Of a stretch of 64,000 bases of DNA, positions 1-10,423 are shown piece by piece. The notes beneath the pieces are model-generated. The model was not told where the DNA came from. It ran no database searches and worked only from the letters and a program-made list of their open reading frames with translations. Source of the stretch: an uncultured delta proteobacterium. GTDB taxonomy: Bacteria > Desulfobacterota > Binatia > DP-6. Numbering within the stretch: the first letter of the stretch is position 1; the number at the start of each line of letters is the position of its first letter. The stretch lies in NCBI GenBank assembly GCA_963815115.1, contig CAWFFN010000009.1, positions 1,536,001 to 1,600,000 on the forward strand. The letters are read 5' to 3'. A program made the translations under genes and the position numbers.

Positions 1-1791
1 GGAGGGTTCGCGACACTTGGCCAGACCGCCTATCCGACGCCCGATGGCGTGGCGCAGCTCTCCGTCTCCTGGATCTACGATTTCAGCCTCTTCGTGCTCG
101 AGCACGAGATGGGACACAACCTGGGCGTGATGCACGCCAACAGGCTCGAATGCCCGACGGAGCGCATCGATTCGACCTGCACGCATCGCGAGTATCAGGA
201 CCCGTTCGACGTGATGGGGACGAACGCCTTCCATCTCAATGCCGCCCACAAGGAGCGGCTCGGCTGGTTGCTGCCGGCGAACGTCGCCGCGGCGACCGGC
301 GACGGGACGTTCGCGCTGCAGGCGCTCGAGTCGCCGACGGGGGGCGTCCAGGCGGTCAAGATCCAGGCACCCAGCCCGGGCTCCAGCGTCTTCTACTACT
401 ACGTCGAGCACCGTGAGCCCGAGGGCTTCGACGCCGGGCTCGCGGGGTATCCGACGGTGCTCGCCGGCGCGCAGGTGCGGCGCGCGTGCGCCGGATGTCC
501 GGATACCGAGCTGATCGCCACGCCGAAGATGGACATCAACGCCGCGATCGCGCCCGGCGACGCCTTCACGCTGGACGGTCCGCATCCGCTCTTCCTGACG
601 CCGCTCGGCGTGACGGGCGGGCATCTCGACGTGCGCCTGCGACACTTCGAGCTGCCGCCGGTCGCCGACGCCGACGGCGAGATCGGCGCGCTGCTGGCAC
701 TCCGCGTGCCGGCGCGCGATCTGCTCGGCCACGCCCTCGCCCTGTCGATGACGGGGGCGCCCGCCGGGGCGACGCTGCACCTGCTGGGCGATGCGAACCT
801 GGACGGCGTGCTGACGTCCGCCGACGCGAGCCTGGCGGCGTCGCTCGCGTCCGCGCCGGGCGGGACCGAGGAGCAGCGCGCGCTCGCCGACGTCGACGGC
901 GACGGCGCCGTGACCGGCGCCGACGCGAGCGCCATCGGCGCCGTGGTCGGAGGGACGGCGCCTCCCCTCAACACCGGCGTGCTGCTGTGGCGTCCGACCG
1001 TTTCCCAGTGCGGCGCCTACCCGGTGACCTTCACGGTCACGGAGGGCGCCCAGTCGATGAGTCGCATGGTGACGGTGGCGGCGGGAAGACCGCGCAACGC
1101 GCTGCCGCTGCCCGACGGGTGGGTATGGGGCCATGTGAAGATCACCGTCGAGACGGGATGTCCGGCCGTCGACCTCTCGATCGCGGGCGGCCCGGCGCAG
1201 CCCATGCCGAGATCGGGAGCGCTCTGGGATACGACCACGATCGCCGACGGGAGCTACCAGCTTCGCGCGACCGTCGGCGGGAATGCCAGCACGGTGTGGA
1301 CGGTCACGGTCGAGAACCAGCCCCCGATGCTTCAGCTCCAGAAGGGCTCGTTCAAGTACTCCGGCCCCACGCGACCCAGCAAGCTGACGGTCAGCGGCAC
1401 GCTCGGCTTCCCCGGCGTGGTGCCGACCTCCTTGCCACAGGGCGGTACACCCTGGATCGTCGCCGTCGGACGGTTCGGCTTCTTCGAAGTGACCGGGCTG
1501 CTGTTCCAGGTCGTCTGCAACCCGGCGGGATCGTCCTGTCGCGGGGAGATCGCGGGAGACATCGGCCCGGCCGGCTCCAGGAGCAGGACGCTGGTCCGGC
1601 TGACGGCCCGCGACGGCCTGGTGCGCTTCCGTATCACCGGACGGGACGTGGGCGTGGTGACCGCGCTCCCGGACGGCGATGCGCTGGTCGACGTCGGCTT
1701 CTGCTTCGGCTCGCTCTCCCCCTGCCTGCTGCCGAGGATCCAGTTCCGGCGCCAGAACGCGACGACGTACGCGTTGCGCAAGCTGCACTGA
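1..1791 (+). CDS. Zinc metallopeptidase (M11 gametolysin-like) with dockerin and Ig-like domains; 5' end outside window
   Basis: Frame open from base 1. Zinc motif HEMGHNLGVMH, then EYQDPFDVMG and HKERLGW. Dockerin pair GDANLDGVLTSADA / ADVDGDGAVTGADA. Ig-like segments (WRPT..GAYPVTFTV; WDTTTIADGSYQL). Confidence 0.75.
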   Translation, partial: GGFATLGQTAYPTPDGVAQLSVSWIYDFSLFVLEHEMGHNLGVMHANRLECPTERIDSTCTHREYQDPFDVMGTNAFHLNAAHKERLGWLLPANVAAATGDGTFALQALESPTGGVQAVKIQAPSPGSSVFYYYVEHREPEGFDAGLAGYPTVLAGAQVRRACAGCPDTELIATPKMDINAAIAPGDAFTLDGPHPLFLTPLGVTGGHLDVRLRHFELPPVADADGEIGALLALRVPARDLLGHALALSMTGAPAGATLHLLGDANLDGVLTSADASLAASLASAPGGTEEQRALADVDGDGAVTGADASAIGAVVGGTAPPLNTGVLLWRPTVSQCGAYPVTFTVTEGAQSMSRMVTVAAGRPRNALPLPDGWVWGHVKITVETGCPAVDLSIAGGPAQPMPRSGALWDTTTIADGSYQLRATVGGNASTVWTVTVENQPPMLQLQKGSFKYSGPTRPSKLTVSGTLGFPGVVPTSLPQGGTPWIVAVGRFGFFEVTGLLFQVVCNPAGSSCRGEIAGDIGPAGSRSRTLVRLTARDGLVRFRITGRDVGVVTALPDGDALVDVGFCFGSLSPCLLPRIQFRRQNATTYALRKLH

Positions 1792-1922
1792 GCACGGGCA
1801 GACGTTCCGCCGGCACCAGGGGGCTCTCCGGCCTTGCTCCGGCGGGTGGGTTCGGCGACGGATTCCGGAGCTTCCGCTTCCAGGCGTTGCGCCTCCCGCG
1901 CGGCGGCGCTAGCGTGCCCGCG

Positions 1923-2522
1923 ATGGGAATGCCCGCCCCCCGGACCGCCACCGCAGAGCTGGCCCCCGGCGAGCAGCGCCTGACGCTCCACGGCGTCACA
2001 TGGGAGCAGTACGAGACGCTCCGCGCAGCGCTCGACCACATCGCCGGCCTGCGCATGACCTACCTCGCGGGGGTGCTGGAGCTGATGAGCCCGTCGCTCG
2101 ACCATGAAGGCATCAAGACGTCGCTCGCGCGCCTGCTCGAGATATACGCGCTCGAGCGCGACGTTCCCCTGAACGGCTACGGGTCGACCACCTTCCGCAA
2201 GCGGGTGAAGGAGCGGGGTCTCGAGCCCGACGAGTGCTACTGCGTGGGCCCGATCAAGGAAGTCCCGGACATCGCCATCGAGGTGGTGCTGTCGAGTGGG
2301 GGCATCGACAAGCTCGAGGTCTACCGCGGGCTCGACGTGCCCGAGGTGTGGTTCTGGGAGGAGGGGAGGCTCGCCGTCTTTCAGCTCGGCATCGATGGCT
2401 ACCAGGCCGCCCGGCGTAGCCGCTTCCTTCCCGACCTCGACCTCGAGCAGCTGCTCGTCTTCGTGCGGCCAGACGATCAGACCGACGCGGTGCGGGCCTA
2501 TCGCGACGCGTTGCGCACCTGA
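1923..2522 (+). CDS. Uma2 (DUF820) family PD-(D/E)XK endonuclease-like protein
   Basis: C-terminal part of ORF 486..2522, ATG at 1923. Motifs LHGVTWEQYE, LELMSPSLDHE, EPDECY, PDIAIEV, KLEVYRGLDVPEVW. Confidence 0.9.
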   Translation: MGMPAPRTATAELAPGEQRLTLHGVTWEQYETLRAALDHIAGLRMTYLAGVLELMSPSLDHEGIKTSLARLLEIYALERDVPLNGYGSTTFRKRVKERGLEPDECYCVGPIKEVPDIAIEVVLSSGGIDKLEVYRGLDVPEVWFWEEGRLAVFQLGIDGYQAARRSRFLPDLDLEQLLVFVRPDDQTDAVRAYRDALRT

Positions 2523-2579
2523 GGCGGTGAGTCCGTTGCGCCCGTTGGACCCGCGCTCCCGGCGCGCCCCTCGGGTCGG

Positions 2580-4830
2580 CTAACCGTCCATGCCCTGCGC
2601 CACCGGCTCCACGGTGACCGGCGTCCCGAACAGCACGGCGGTTCCGCTCGCCTCGTCGTAGGCTCGATCGTCGGTGAGCACGTTCGTATTGACGCCGGCG
2701 TGTGCCCTGGCCACGGTCAGGCGAGAGCCCTCGACGTCGTGTCCCCAGCCGTGAGGCAGGCTGACGACGCCGGGCATGAGATCGTCGGTGACCTCGACCG
2801 GCGCGACGACGCTGCCCACCCGGCTGGTGATGCGCGCGCGAGCTCCCGTGCGTCAGCCCGATGCGACCGGCGTCGTGCCGCGAGATCTGCAGCGTGCAGC
2901 GATCGCGACCCTTCACCAGCGCCGGCAGGTTGTGCATGAACGAGTTGCTGCAGCGCAGGTCGCGGCGCCCGATCAGCACCATGCCGTCGGCACGCTGCGC
3001 CATCTGTCGCTTGCAGGCGAGTGACGTCGCCGGTCATCGTCGGGGGCGCGAGCTCGATCACCCCGCTCTCCGTGTTGATGATCTCCTCGCAGCCGTGGCT
3101 GCAGCGGCCCGAGATCGATGCCATGGGCAGCGGCCTGCACCGCGGCGAGCGTCAGGCCACCCGGCCGGCGGCCGAACCCGTCGCCATGGGGCCCGATGCG
3201 CAGCAGCATGTCGATGATGCGATCGGGTCCGATCGCGCCGTCCAGCTTCTCGACGACCTCATCCACGGTGAGGCCGGGCCAGGGGCAGCTCTCGTCGATC
3301 GCCCCCTCGGCGAGCCGGCGGAACACGAAGTCGTCGACCGCCTGCGCGGGCATGCCGCCCAGGCCCATCAGCCTGGCGCCGAGATTCGAGAGCACCTCCC
3401 AGCTATCGGGAGTGCCCGGCGGCGGCGGCACGGCCGGCCACGACCACTTCGCCACGTTGCGCACCGAGAGCAGGTAGAAGGGAAGCTCGTAGCCCGACTG
3501 CTCGGCGGGGCGAGGGCGTGGGCAGGATGACGTGGGCGTGGCGCGTCGTCTCGTTGATGTAGAAATCGATCGCGACCAGGAACTCCAGGCCGGCGAAGGC
3601 TCGCTCGAGCTGCTCGGAGTTGGCGGCGCTGCGCACCGGGTTCGTCATCAGGAGGATCATCGCGCGCACCTGGCCGTCGCCGGGCGTGAGCATCTCCTCG
3701 GCCATGGTGGAGGAGGGGATCAGCCCGCCGACCTCCGGCTGGCCGCTGACCCGGCTCTTCCAGCGCCCGATCTCGAAGCCCTTGCCCTTCGGCAGCGCGG
3801 CATCGAGCGGCGCCGCCGGAGTGGGGAACATGACGCCGCCGGGGCGGTCGAGGTTGCCGGTGAGGATGTTGACGAGGTCGCAGCCCCAGGTGGCCAGGGT
3901 GCCGAACTCCTGCACGCAGGTCCCGAGGCGCCCGTAGCATGCGGCGGACTGGGCGGCTGCCAGCTCGCGTGCGATGCGGCGGATCGTGCCGGCCGCGATG
4001 CCGCAGAACCCGGCGACCGCCTCCGGGGCGAACGCACGGGCTGTCGCCTGCACCTCGTCGAGGCCGCCGACGCGCCCCGCGGCCGCGCCGAGGTCCACCA
4101 GACCCTCCTCGAACAGCGTGTGCACGAGCGCGAGGAGGAACGCTGCGTCGGTGCCGGGCCGGATGAAGTGATGCTCGCTCGCGAGCCGCGCCGTCTCGGT
4201 ACGTCGCGGATCGATCACGACCACCTTGCCGCCGCGTTCGATGACCGCCTTCAGGCGGCCCGGCGCGTCGGGCATCGTCATGAGGCTGCCGTGCGAGATG
4301 GCGGGGTTCGCGCCGATGATCAGCAGATGGTGCGTGCGGTCGATGTCGGGCACGGGAACGGCGGTCGGAAATTGCCGCCCGAACATCAGGCCCGTCTGGA
4401 CGATCTTCGGCAGCGTGTCGATCGCCGCCGAGTTGAACATGCTGCGGCTGGCGAGCGCGCGCTGGAGCACGGCGCGATAGACGAGCGCGCCCACGTCGTG
4501 CACGACGGGATTCCCGCTGTACATCCCGATCGCGTCGTTGCCGGAGCGCTCGCGGATGGCGATCAGGCGGGACGCCACCTCCTCGTAGGCCTCCTCCCAG
4601 GTGATCTCCTCCCACCCGGTCGCCGTGCGGCGCACGGGCCGCCGCAGCCGTTCGGGATCGTGGTGCAGCTCCTTCAGCCCGTACGCCTTGGGACAGATGA
4701 AGCCGCGCGAGAAGGGATCCTCCTTGTCGCCGCGGACGCCGACGATCGCGTCGCCCTCGACCTCGACGGCGAGGCCGCAGGTGGCTTCACAGAATGGACA
4801 GACCCGGTGAACGGTTCGGCGATCCGACAT
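2580..4830 (-). pseudogene. Molybdopterin-dependent oxidoreductase (DMSO reductase superfamily), frameshifted
   Basis: Start MSDRRTVHRVCPFCEATCG with Fe-S Cys motif; GANPAISHGS; VIDPRRTETA; C-terminal MPGVVSLPHGWGH. Homology switches frame at least four times (~3505, ~3085, ~3005, ~2840). Could be an intact gene with sequencing indels. Confidence 0.85.
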
Positions 4831-4888
4831 CTCCGGCACTCCTCGTGGCTGCGGCATCCGCCTTGTCGCAGGCCGCATCATGGGATAC

Positions 4889-4940
4889 GAAAGTGGCCCT
4901 GGCAACGAGCCACTTTCATTAAATCCGATGGGGCCACTCT
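4889..4940. promoter_or_regulatory. Probable MocR/GabR-type operator
   Basis: Perfect 9-bp inverted repeat GAAAGTGGC-N11-GCCACTTTC (4889-4917) plus a direct copy GCCACT at 4933, between the divergent oxidoreductase and regulator. Confidence 0.65.
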
Positions 4941-4941
4941 G

Positions 4942-6414
4942 ATGTTCGTCTCGCTCGACGGCGCCGGCCCCTTGCACCGCCAGGTCTATCGCGCGCTGCG
5001 CTCGGAGATCCTTGCGCGCCGCTTCAAGCCGGGCGCCCGGCTGCCCTCGACGCGCGTCCTCTCCGCCGAGCTCGGCGTGTCGCGCAACGTGGCGATGCTG
5101 GCGTACGAGCAGCTCCTCGGCGAGGGATACGCGCAGGCCCGAACGGGCTCGGGGACCGTCGTCGCCCCGACGCTTCCCGAGGACTGGGGCGAGACGGAAG
5201 CGGCCGCCGGCTTGCGCCTCGGCGCATCGCCGGCCCGCGTGGAGCCTCGCCTGGCGCGCGCCGGCACGAGGGCGGTCGAGATCGCTCGCGCGACGCGGAG
5301 ACCCGGAGCTCCGCGCGACCGCGGCCCGGCGTACGACTTTCGTGCCGGGCGGCCGTCCTTCGGCGACTTCCCGCGCGCGGTCTGGTGCCGGCTGCTCGGG
5401 CGCCGCGCCCGGAGCGCCAGCCGGCGCGAGCTGGACTACGGGCCGCCCGAGGGACGGTTGGAGCTGCGCGAGGCGCTCGCCGAGCGGCTGCGCCGGGTGC
5501 GGGGAGTCGAGACCACCGCGGAGCGCATCGTCATCGTCAACGGCTCGCAGCAGGCGCTCGACCTGGTGACCCGCGTCCTGCTGGAGCCGGGTGACCGGGT
5601 GCTCATCGAGGAACCGCACTACCTCGGCGCGCGGCAGGCGTTCGCCGCGGGCGGGGCCGCGCTGGTGCCGGCGCTCGTCGACGGAGACGGCATGCAGATC
5701 CCGAAGCCGGTCGTGCGGGGGGCGCCGCGTCTGGCCTACGTCACTCCCTCGCACCAGTTCCCGACCGGGGTCGTGCTGCCGCTTGCCCGCCGGCTCGAGC
5801 TCCTCGACTGGGCGGCCGGCAGCGGAGCCTTCGTGGTCGAGGACGACTACGACAGCGAGTATCGCTACGCCGGCCGCCCGCTCCAGGCGCTCGCCGGCCT
5901 CGATGACGCCGGGCGCGTCATCTACGTGGGCACGTTCTCGAAGCTGATGTTCCCGGCGCTCCGGCTCGGCTACCTGGTCCTGCCGGACACGCTCGTCGAG
6001 CCGATCGTCGCCGCCAAGGCGCTCGCGGACACCGGCAGCCCGGCGCTCGAGCAGCTCACCCTCGCCGACTTCATCCGCGAGGGGCACCTCGACCGCCACC
6101 TGCATCGCTCGCGCGCCCGCAACGCGTCCCGCCGTGCCGTGTTGCTCGCCGCCGTCCGTGACCACTTCGGAGACCGCGCCGAGGTCTGCGGAGCAGCCAC
6201 CGGGCTGCATGTGCTGGTCTGGCTGCGCGGCCGCGATGGGGAGCCGATCGGATCGCTGGCGCGCAAGGCGGAAGCGGCGGGCGTCGCCGTCTACCCGGTC
6301 GCGCCGTTCTACCTGCACCCGCCGCGGCGCAGCGGCGTGCTGCTCGGATACGGGCCGCTCAGCGAGCGACAGATCCGCGAGGGGGTCGCGCGCCTGGCCG
6401 CGGCGCTGGACTGA
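4942..6414 (+). CDS. MocR/PdxR family transcriptional regulator (GntR HTH + PLP aminotransferase domain)
   Basis: RLPSTRVLSAELGVSRNV HTH; YVTPSHQFPTG; EDDYDSEYRY; GTFSKLMFPALRLG. Confidence 0.95.
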   Translation: MFVSLDGAGPLHRQVYRALRSEILARRFKPGARLPSTRVLSAELGVSRNVAMLAYEQLLGEGYAQARTGSGTVVAPTLPEDWGETEAAAGLRLGASPARVEPRLARAGTRAVEIARATRRPGAPRDRGPAYDFRAGRPSFGDFPRAVWCRLLGRRARSASRRELDYGPPEGRLELREALAERLRRVRGVETTAERIVIVNGSQQALDLVTRVLLEPGDRVLIEEPHYLGARQAFAAGGAALVPALVDGDGMQIPKPVVRGAPRLAYVTPSHQFPTGVVLPLARRLELLDWAAGSGAFVVEDDYDSEYRYAGRPLQALAGLDDAGRVIYVGTFSKLMFPALRLGYLVLPDTLVEPIVAAKALADTGSPALEQLTLADFIREGHLDRHLHRSRARNASRRAVLLAAVRDHFGDRAEVCGAATGLHVLVWLRGRDGEPIGSLARKAEAAGVAVYPVAPFYLHPPRRSGVLLGYGPLSERQIREGVARLAAALD

Positions 6415-6517
6415 GCGTTCGCGCGATCACTTCCGCTGCGATGCATTGACCGCTCCGGCGGCCGGCACTACCCTCCGGCGGGTGCAGTCCCGCCCGCCAG
6501 CCGGGGAGGCCAGACGC

Positions 6518-7114
6518 ATGGAGGACGTGCGATCCGACGTGGTGCACGTGCCAGCCAGCGTACGGTTCCCCGTGGAGCTCGTTCCTCCCGAGGGCTTCGA
6601 CCCCGCGCGCCTCGAGACCTGGCCGCGCGTGGAGGGTCGTCTCGAGTGGGTGGGCGGGAGGCTGCTCTACATGCCGCCGTGCGGGGAGACGCAGCAGGCG
6701 ACCGTGGCCGACGTAGTGGGGGTGCTCATCCCGTGGCAGCGCGCCCATCCCGAGTTCTCGGTGGGCACCAACGAAGCCGGCATGCGCCTCGGCGACGACA
6801 GCCGGGGCGCCGACGCTGGTGTCTGGCGGCAGCGACCGCAGCGCCGGGGATTCCGCCGGGAACCGCCCGTGCTGGCCGTCGAGGTGGCAGGTCAGGACGA
6901 AGACGCGGGCGCGCTACGGACCAAGGCGCGGTGGTATCTCGCGCACGGCGTCTCCGTCGTTTGGATCGTCTTGCCGGGCACGCGAGAGGTGCTGGCCGTC
7001 ACGTCGGCAGGCGAGACGCGCCACGAGGTCGGCGGCCGCCTGCCGCCGCATCCGGATCTACCCGAGCTCCAACCCGAGATCGCGGAGCTGTTCCGGCAGA
7101 TCTCGGCGCGCTAG
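6518..7114 (+). CDS. Uma2 (DUF820) family protein
   Basis: ATG 6518 after GGAGG. RLEWVGGRLLYMPP, GADAGVW, PVLAVEV, KARWYLAHGVSVVWIV, HPDLPEL. Confidence 0.85.
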   Translation: MEDVRSDVVHVPASVRFPVELVPPEGFDPARLETWPRVEGRLEWVGGRLLYMPPCGETQQATVADVVGVLIPWQRAHPEFSVGTNEAGMRLGDDSRGADAGVWRQRPQRRGFRREPPVLAVEVAGQDEDAGALRTKARWYLAHGVSVVWIVLPGTREVLAVTSAGETRHEVGGRLPPHPDLPELQPEIAELFRQISAR

Positions 7115-7144
7115 CCGCGCCGGAGTGTCACGATCGCCGCGCCC

Positions 7145-7220
7145 GGCGCCGCGACGGCGGACGAGGCCCGCGCCCTCCAGCACGCGAATGTGCTTCGAGA
7201 TGGCATCGAGCTTCTCGCGG
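7145..7220 (-). pseudogene. ArsR/SmtB-like HTH remnant
   Basis: Intergenic minus-strand peptide LDAISKHIRVLEGAGLVRRR resembles the ArsR recognition helix; no start or rest of gene. Confidence 0.5.
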
Positions 7221-7253
7221 CGGCTGCGGGCGGCACGACGTCGACGTGAGCCG

Positions 7254-8276
7254 TCAGCAGAGTCCGCGTCGCAGCATCTCCTCCGCGATCTGGACCGCGT
7301 TGGTGGCGGCGCCCTTGCGGAGATTGTCCGAGCACACGAAGAGCCACAGCCGGTCGCTGTCGAGGTCGCGGCGGATGCGCCCGACGAGCACCTCGTCCCG
7401 GCCGGCGGCGCGCGCGGGCGTCGGGAAGACGTTGCGTGCGGGATCGTCGACGACGGCGATCCCCGGGAAGGCGGCGAGCGCGCGGCGCGCGGCATCCGGG
7501 TCGAGGCGCTTCTGGGTCTCGACCAGGACCGAGAGGGAGTGCCCGACCGGCACCGGCACGCGAATGCACTGCATGGCGACGTCCAGCCCCGGCAGCCCGA
7601 GGATCTTGCGGGTCTCGAGGACGAGCTTCATCTCCTCGGTCGAGTAGCCGTCGTCCCTGAACGTCTCGCACAGGGGGAGCACGTTGTGGGCGATCGGCTC
7701 CGGGTAGAACTCGGCTCGCAGCGGCTCGCCGGCCACCAGCGCCGCGGTCTGCGCCTCGAGCTCCTCGACGCCGGGCTTGCCGGAGCCGCTGACCGACTGG
7801 AGCGTCGTCACCACCACACGCCCGAGGCCGGCCTCACGGTGCAGCGCCTCGAGAACCATGACGAAGGGGATCGTCGTGCAGTTCGGACACGAGACGATCC
7901 TCCGGTGACCATCGAGCGCGTCCGCGTTCACCTCCGGCACCACGAGCGGGACGCCGTCCGCCAGGCGCCAGGTGCTGGACTTGTCGATCGCGACGGCGCC
8001 GCGCTCGGCTGCCTCCGGGGCGAGCTCCTTCGAGAGCGTGCCCGTCGCGGCGAAGAAGACGAAGTCGGCGCCGTCGAGCGCCGCGGGACGCGCCACCTCC
8101 ACGCGATGGTCCCTCCCCCGGAAGCGAACGATCGCGCCGGCGGAACGTTCGCTCGCCAGGGGGCGCAGCTCGGCGACGGGGAAGGCACGCTCCTCCAGCA
8201 CCCGAAGGAGCACCTCGCCGACCGCACCCGTCGCGCCGGCCACGGCTACGACCCTGTCCCGTGAGGCCCTGGTCAC
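7254..8276 (-). CDS. asd: Aspartate-semialdehyde dehydrogenase
   Basis: GATGAVG, PLVVPEVN, catalytic PNCTT, QSVSGSG, RVPVPVGHS, DNLRKGAATNAVQIAE. Confidence 0.97.
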   Translation of the reverse strand: MTRASRDRVVAVAGATGAVGEVLLRVLEERAFPVAELRPLASERSAGAIVRFRGRDHRVEVARPAALDGADFVFFAATGTLSKELAPEAAERGAVAIDKSSTWRLADGVPLVVPEVNADALDGHRRIVSCPNCTTIPFVMVLEALHREAGLGRVVVTTLQSVSGSGKPGVEELEAQTAALVAGEPLRAEFYPEPIAHNVLPLCETFRDDGYSTEEMKLVLETRKILGLPGLDVAMQCIRVPVPVGHSLSVLVETQKRLDPDAARRALAAFPGIAVVDDPARNVFPTPARAAGRDEVLVGRIRRDLDSDRLWLFVCSDNLRKGAATNAVQIAEEMLRRGLC

Positions 8277-8280
8277 GGTC

Positions 8281-8946
8281 TCATCCTAGCCGCACCGAGA
8301 TCACGACTCCATCGTCGAGGGGGACCTCGGTGCTGAAGTATCCATGGGCTGGATCGCGAACGTGCGCGCGGTAGCGGTCGTGGTGCGGGTCGTCCTTGCT
8401 CATGTCGGCAGCGACGAGCGCTCCCGGGCGCAGAGACGGCTCGAGCACCTCGAGCATCGGGAGGTAGAGGTCGTTCCAGCCGTCCAGGAAGAGCAGGTCG
8501 ATCGGACCGCCCAGGTCTCGAAGGGTCTCCAGTGCGTCTCCCAGCCGGAGCTCGACCACGTCGGCCAGTCCCGCATCGGCGAGATTGGCAGCCGCGTACT
8601 CGGCCTTCTCCGGCTGGAACTCGGTCGTGATCACCACCCCGTCGCCGGCGTCGCGAATCGCGCACGCCAGGTAGATGGTCGAAACGCCGAGCGAGGTGCC
8701 GAACTCGACGATGGTGCGGGCGCGCCGAGCGAGGGCGAGCACGTAGAGCAGCTCCCCGACCTCGTGCGTGATGGCGATCGGCGCCAGGCCGTAGAGATCG
8801 GCCCGCTCCCGGCCGTAGATCTTCCGCCCCGCTTCCGCCTCCCGCGCCCGCACCCGTCGCTTCGCCGGCTCGTCCAGCGCCCGGCCGGCTTGCCGCAGAC
8901 GAGCGAGCACCCGGGTCACGGCATCGGAGCGCAGGCTGGAGGTCAT
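8281..8946 (-). CDS. Class I SAM-dependent O-methyltransferase
   Basis: IVEFGTSLGVSTIYLA, GDALETL, IDLLFLDGW. Confidence 0.9.
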   Translation of the reverse strand: MTSSLRSDAVTRVLARLRQAGRALDEPAKRRVRAREAEAGRKIYGRERADLYGLAPIAITHEVGELLYVLALARRARTIVEFGTSLGVSTIYLACAIRDAGDGVVITTEFQPEKAEYAAANLADAGLADVVELRLGDALETLRDLGGPIDLLFLDGWNDLYLPMLEVLEPSLRPGALVAADMSKDDPHHDRYRAHVRDPAHGYFSTEVPLDDGVVISVRLG

Positions 8947-8962
8947 CGAGCGGGAGCGTCGT

Positions 8963-10420
8963 TCACGCCACGTCGGGCGGCGGCGAGAATCCGCCCAGCA
9001 CCTTCGTCACGTGACGCGCGATCGCGAGCGTGGTGCGATCCTCGAGGTAGGGGCCGACGATCTGGATGCCGACCGGCAGGCCGCCGCGCGTGCGGCCGAC
9101 CGGGACCACCGTGGCCGGCAGGTAGGCGAGGGTGGCGAGCGTGATCCATCCGAACAGGTCCGTGTAGTCCCGATCGTGCCCGTTCACCCGGATCGTCCGC
9201 GCGGTGAACGGCTCGCTGTGATCGTGCGGGATCGCCGGCACGACGGCGACCGGCATCAGCAACGCGTCGAAGCCGCGGAAGAAGGCGGCCATGCGGGCCC
9301 GCAGCCGCTCGCGCTCCTCGTGGGCGAACAGCCAGTCGCGATGGCGGAGAGTGGCGAAGCGGACGCTGCGCGCCAGCGGGCTGTCGTCGTCCGGCGGAAG
9401 CGTCTGGGCGAGGGCGGCGAAGCCGTCGAAGTTCTCCTGGGGCATCATGCCGAGCAGGATCGGGTAGAGGAGCTGCTGGTACGTCCGCACGAGGTCCGGC
9501 AGCGCGATGTCGGGCCGCGCGTCGCGAACGCTCGCGCCATCCTCCCGGAGCGCTGCCGCCGCGCGCTCGAGGCACGTCCGGACGTCCGCGTCGACCGGGT
9601 AGGCAGGATCGTCGAGCCAGGTGGCGAGGCGGAACTCCCGCGCGGCCGTCCTGCGCGCCGGCGGCAGCTCGAGACGCCAGCCCGCGGTCTGGTGGCCGTC
9701 CGGTCCGGCGAGCACGTCGAGCGCGAGCTCGAGGTCCTCGGCGGTGCGAGCGATCGGGCCCATCACGCCGAGATCCGTGTCCGCGAGCGTGCCGGGAGGC
9801 GGCGGCAGGTGCCCGCGCTGCGGGACGATGCCCCAGGTCGGCTTGTGACCGCAGACACCGCACCAGTTGGACGGCACGCGGATGGAGCCGCCGATGTCGC
9901 TGCCGAGCTCCATCGCCGTCAGCCCGGTGGCGACGGCCGCGGCCGCCCCGCCGGACGACCCGCCCGTCGTTCGCGCGTGATCCCAGGGATTGTGCGTGAC
10001 GCCGAAGATCGGGTTGTAGGTCTGCCAGTCGCTCGCCAGCGACGGCACGTTGGTCTTGCCGATGATCACGGCGCCGGCGTCGCGCAGGCGGTGCACCGCC
10101 TCGGCGTCCTCGGCGGGCACGTGCTCGCTCCAGGCCGCGAACCCGCACGTCGTGCGCACGCCGGCCGTCTCGTAGGTGTCCTTGATGGTCATCGGCACGC
10201 CGTGCAGCGGCCCCAGCCGGCCGTTGCGAGCGACGGCCGCGTCGGCTGCGTCGGCGGCCCGGCGCGCGCCCTCGACGTCGAGCGTCACGACGGCGTTGAG
10301 CTTCGGGTTCAGGCGTTCGATGCGCCCGAGGTAGTGGTCCAGTACCTCGCGGCTCGAGAGCTCGCGACGTCGGATGGCGGCCGCCAGGTCGCTGGCGGAT
10401 CGGAACGCGATGTCGGACAT
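8963..10420 (-). CDS. Amidase (amidase-signature family)
   Basis: GPLHGVPMTIKD, GKTNVP, GGSSGG, GSDIGGSIRVP. Confidence 0.95.
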   Translation of the reverse strand: MSDIAFRSASDLAAAIRRRELSSREVLDHYLGRIERLNPKLNAVVTLDVEGARRAADAADAAVARNGRLGPLHGVPMTIKDTYETAGVRTTCGFAAWSEHVPAEDAEAVHRLRDAGAVIIGKTNVPSLASDWQTYNPIFGVTHNPWDHARTTGGSSGGAAAAVATGLTAMELGSDIGGSIRVPSNWCGVCGHKPTWGIVPQRGHLPPPPGTLADTDLGVMGPIARTAEDLELALDVLAGPDGHQTAGWRLELPPARRTAAREFRLATWLDDPAYPVDADVRTCLERAAAALREDGASVRDARPDIALPDLVRTYQQLLYPILLGMMPQENFDGFAALAQTLPPDDDSPLARSVRFATLRHRDWLFAHEERERLRARMAAFFRGFDALLMPVAVVPAIPHDHSEPFTARTIRVNGHDRDYTDLFGWITLATLAYLPATVVPVGRTRGGLPVGIQIVGPYLEDRTTLAIARHVTKVLGGFSPPPDVA

Positions 10421-10423
10421 GAC

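Noticed and set aside
1923-7114. Uma2 genes as an anti-phage or restriction system
   Set aside because: No DNA methylase, ATPase or other defence genes are adjacent; Uma2 paralogues are commonly scattered.
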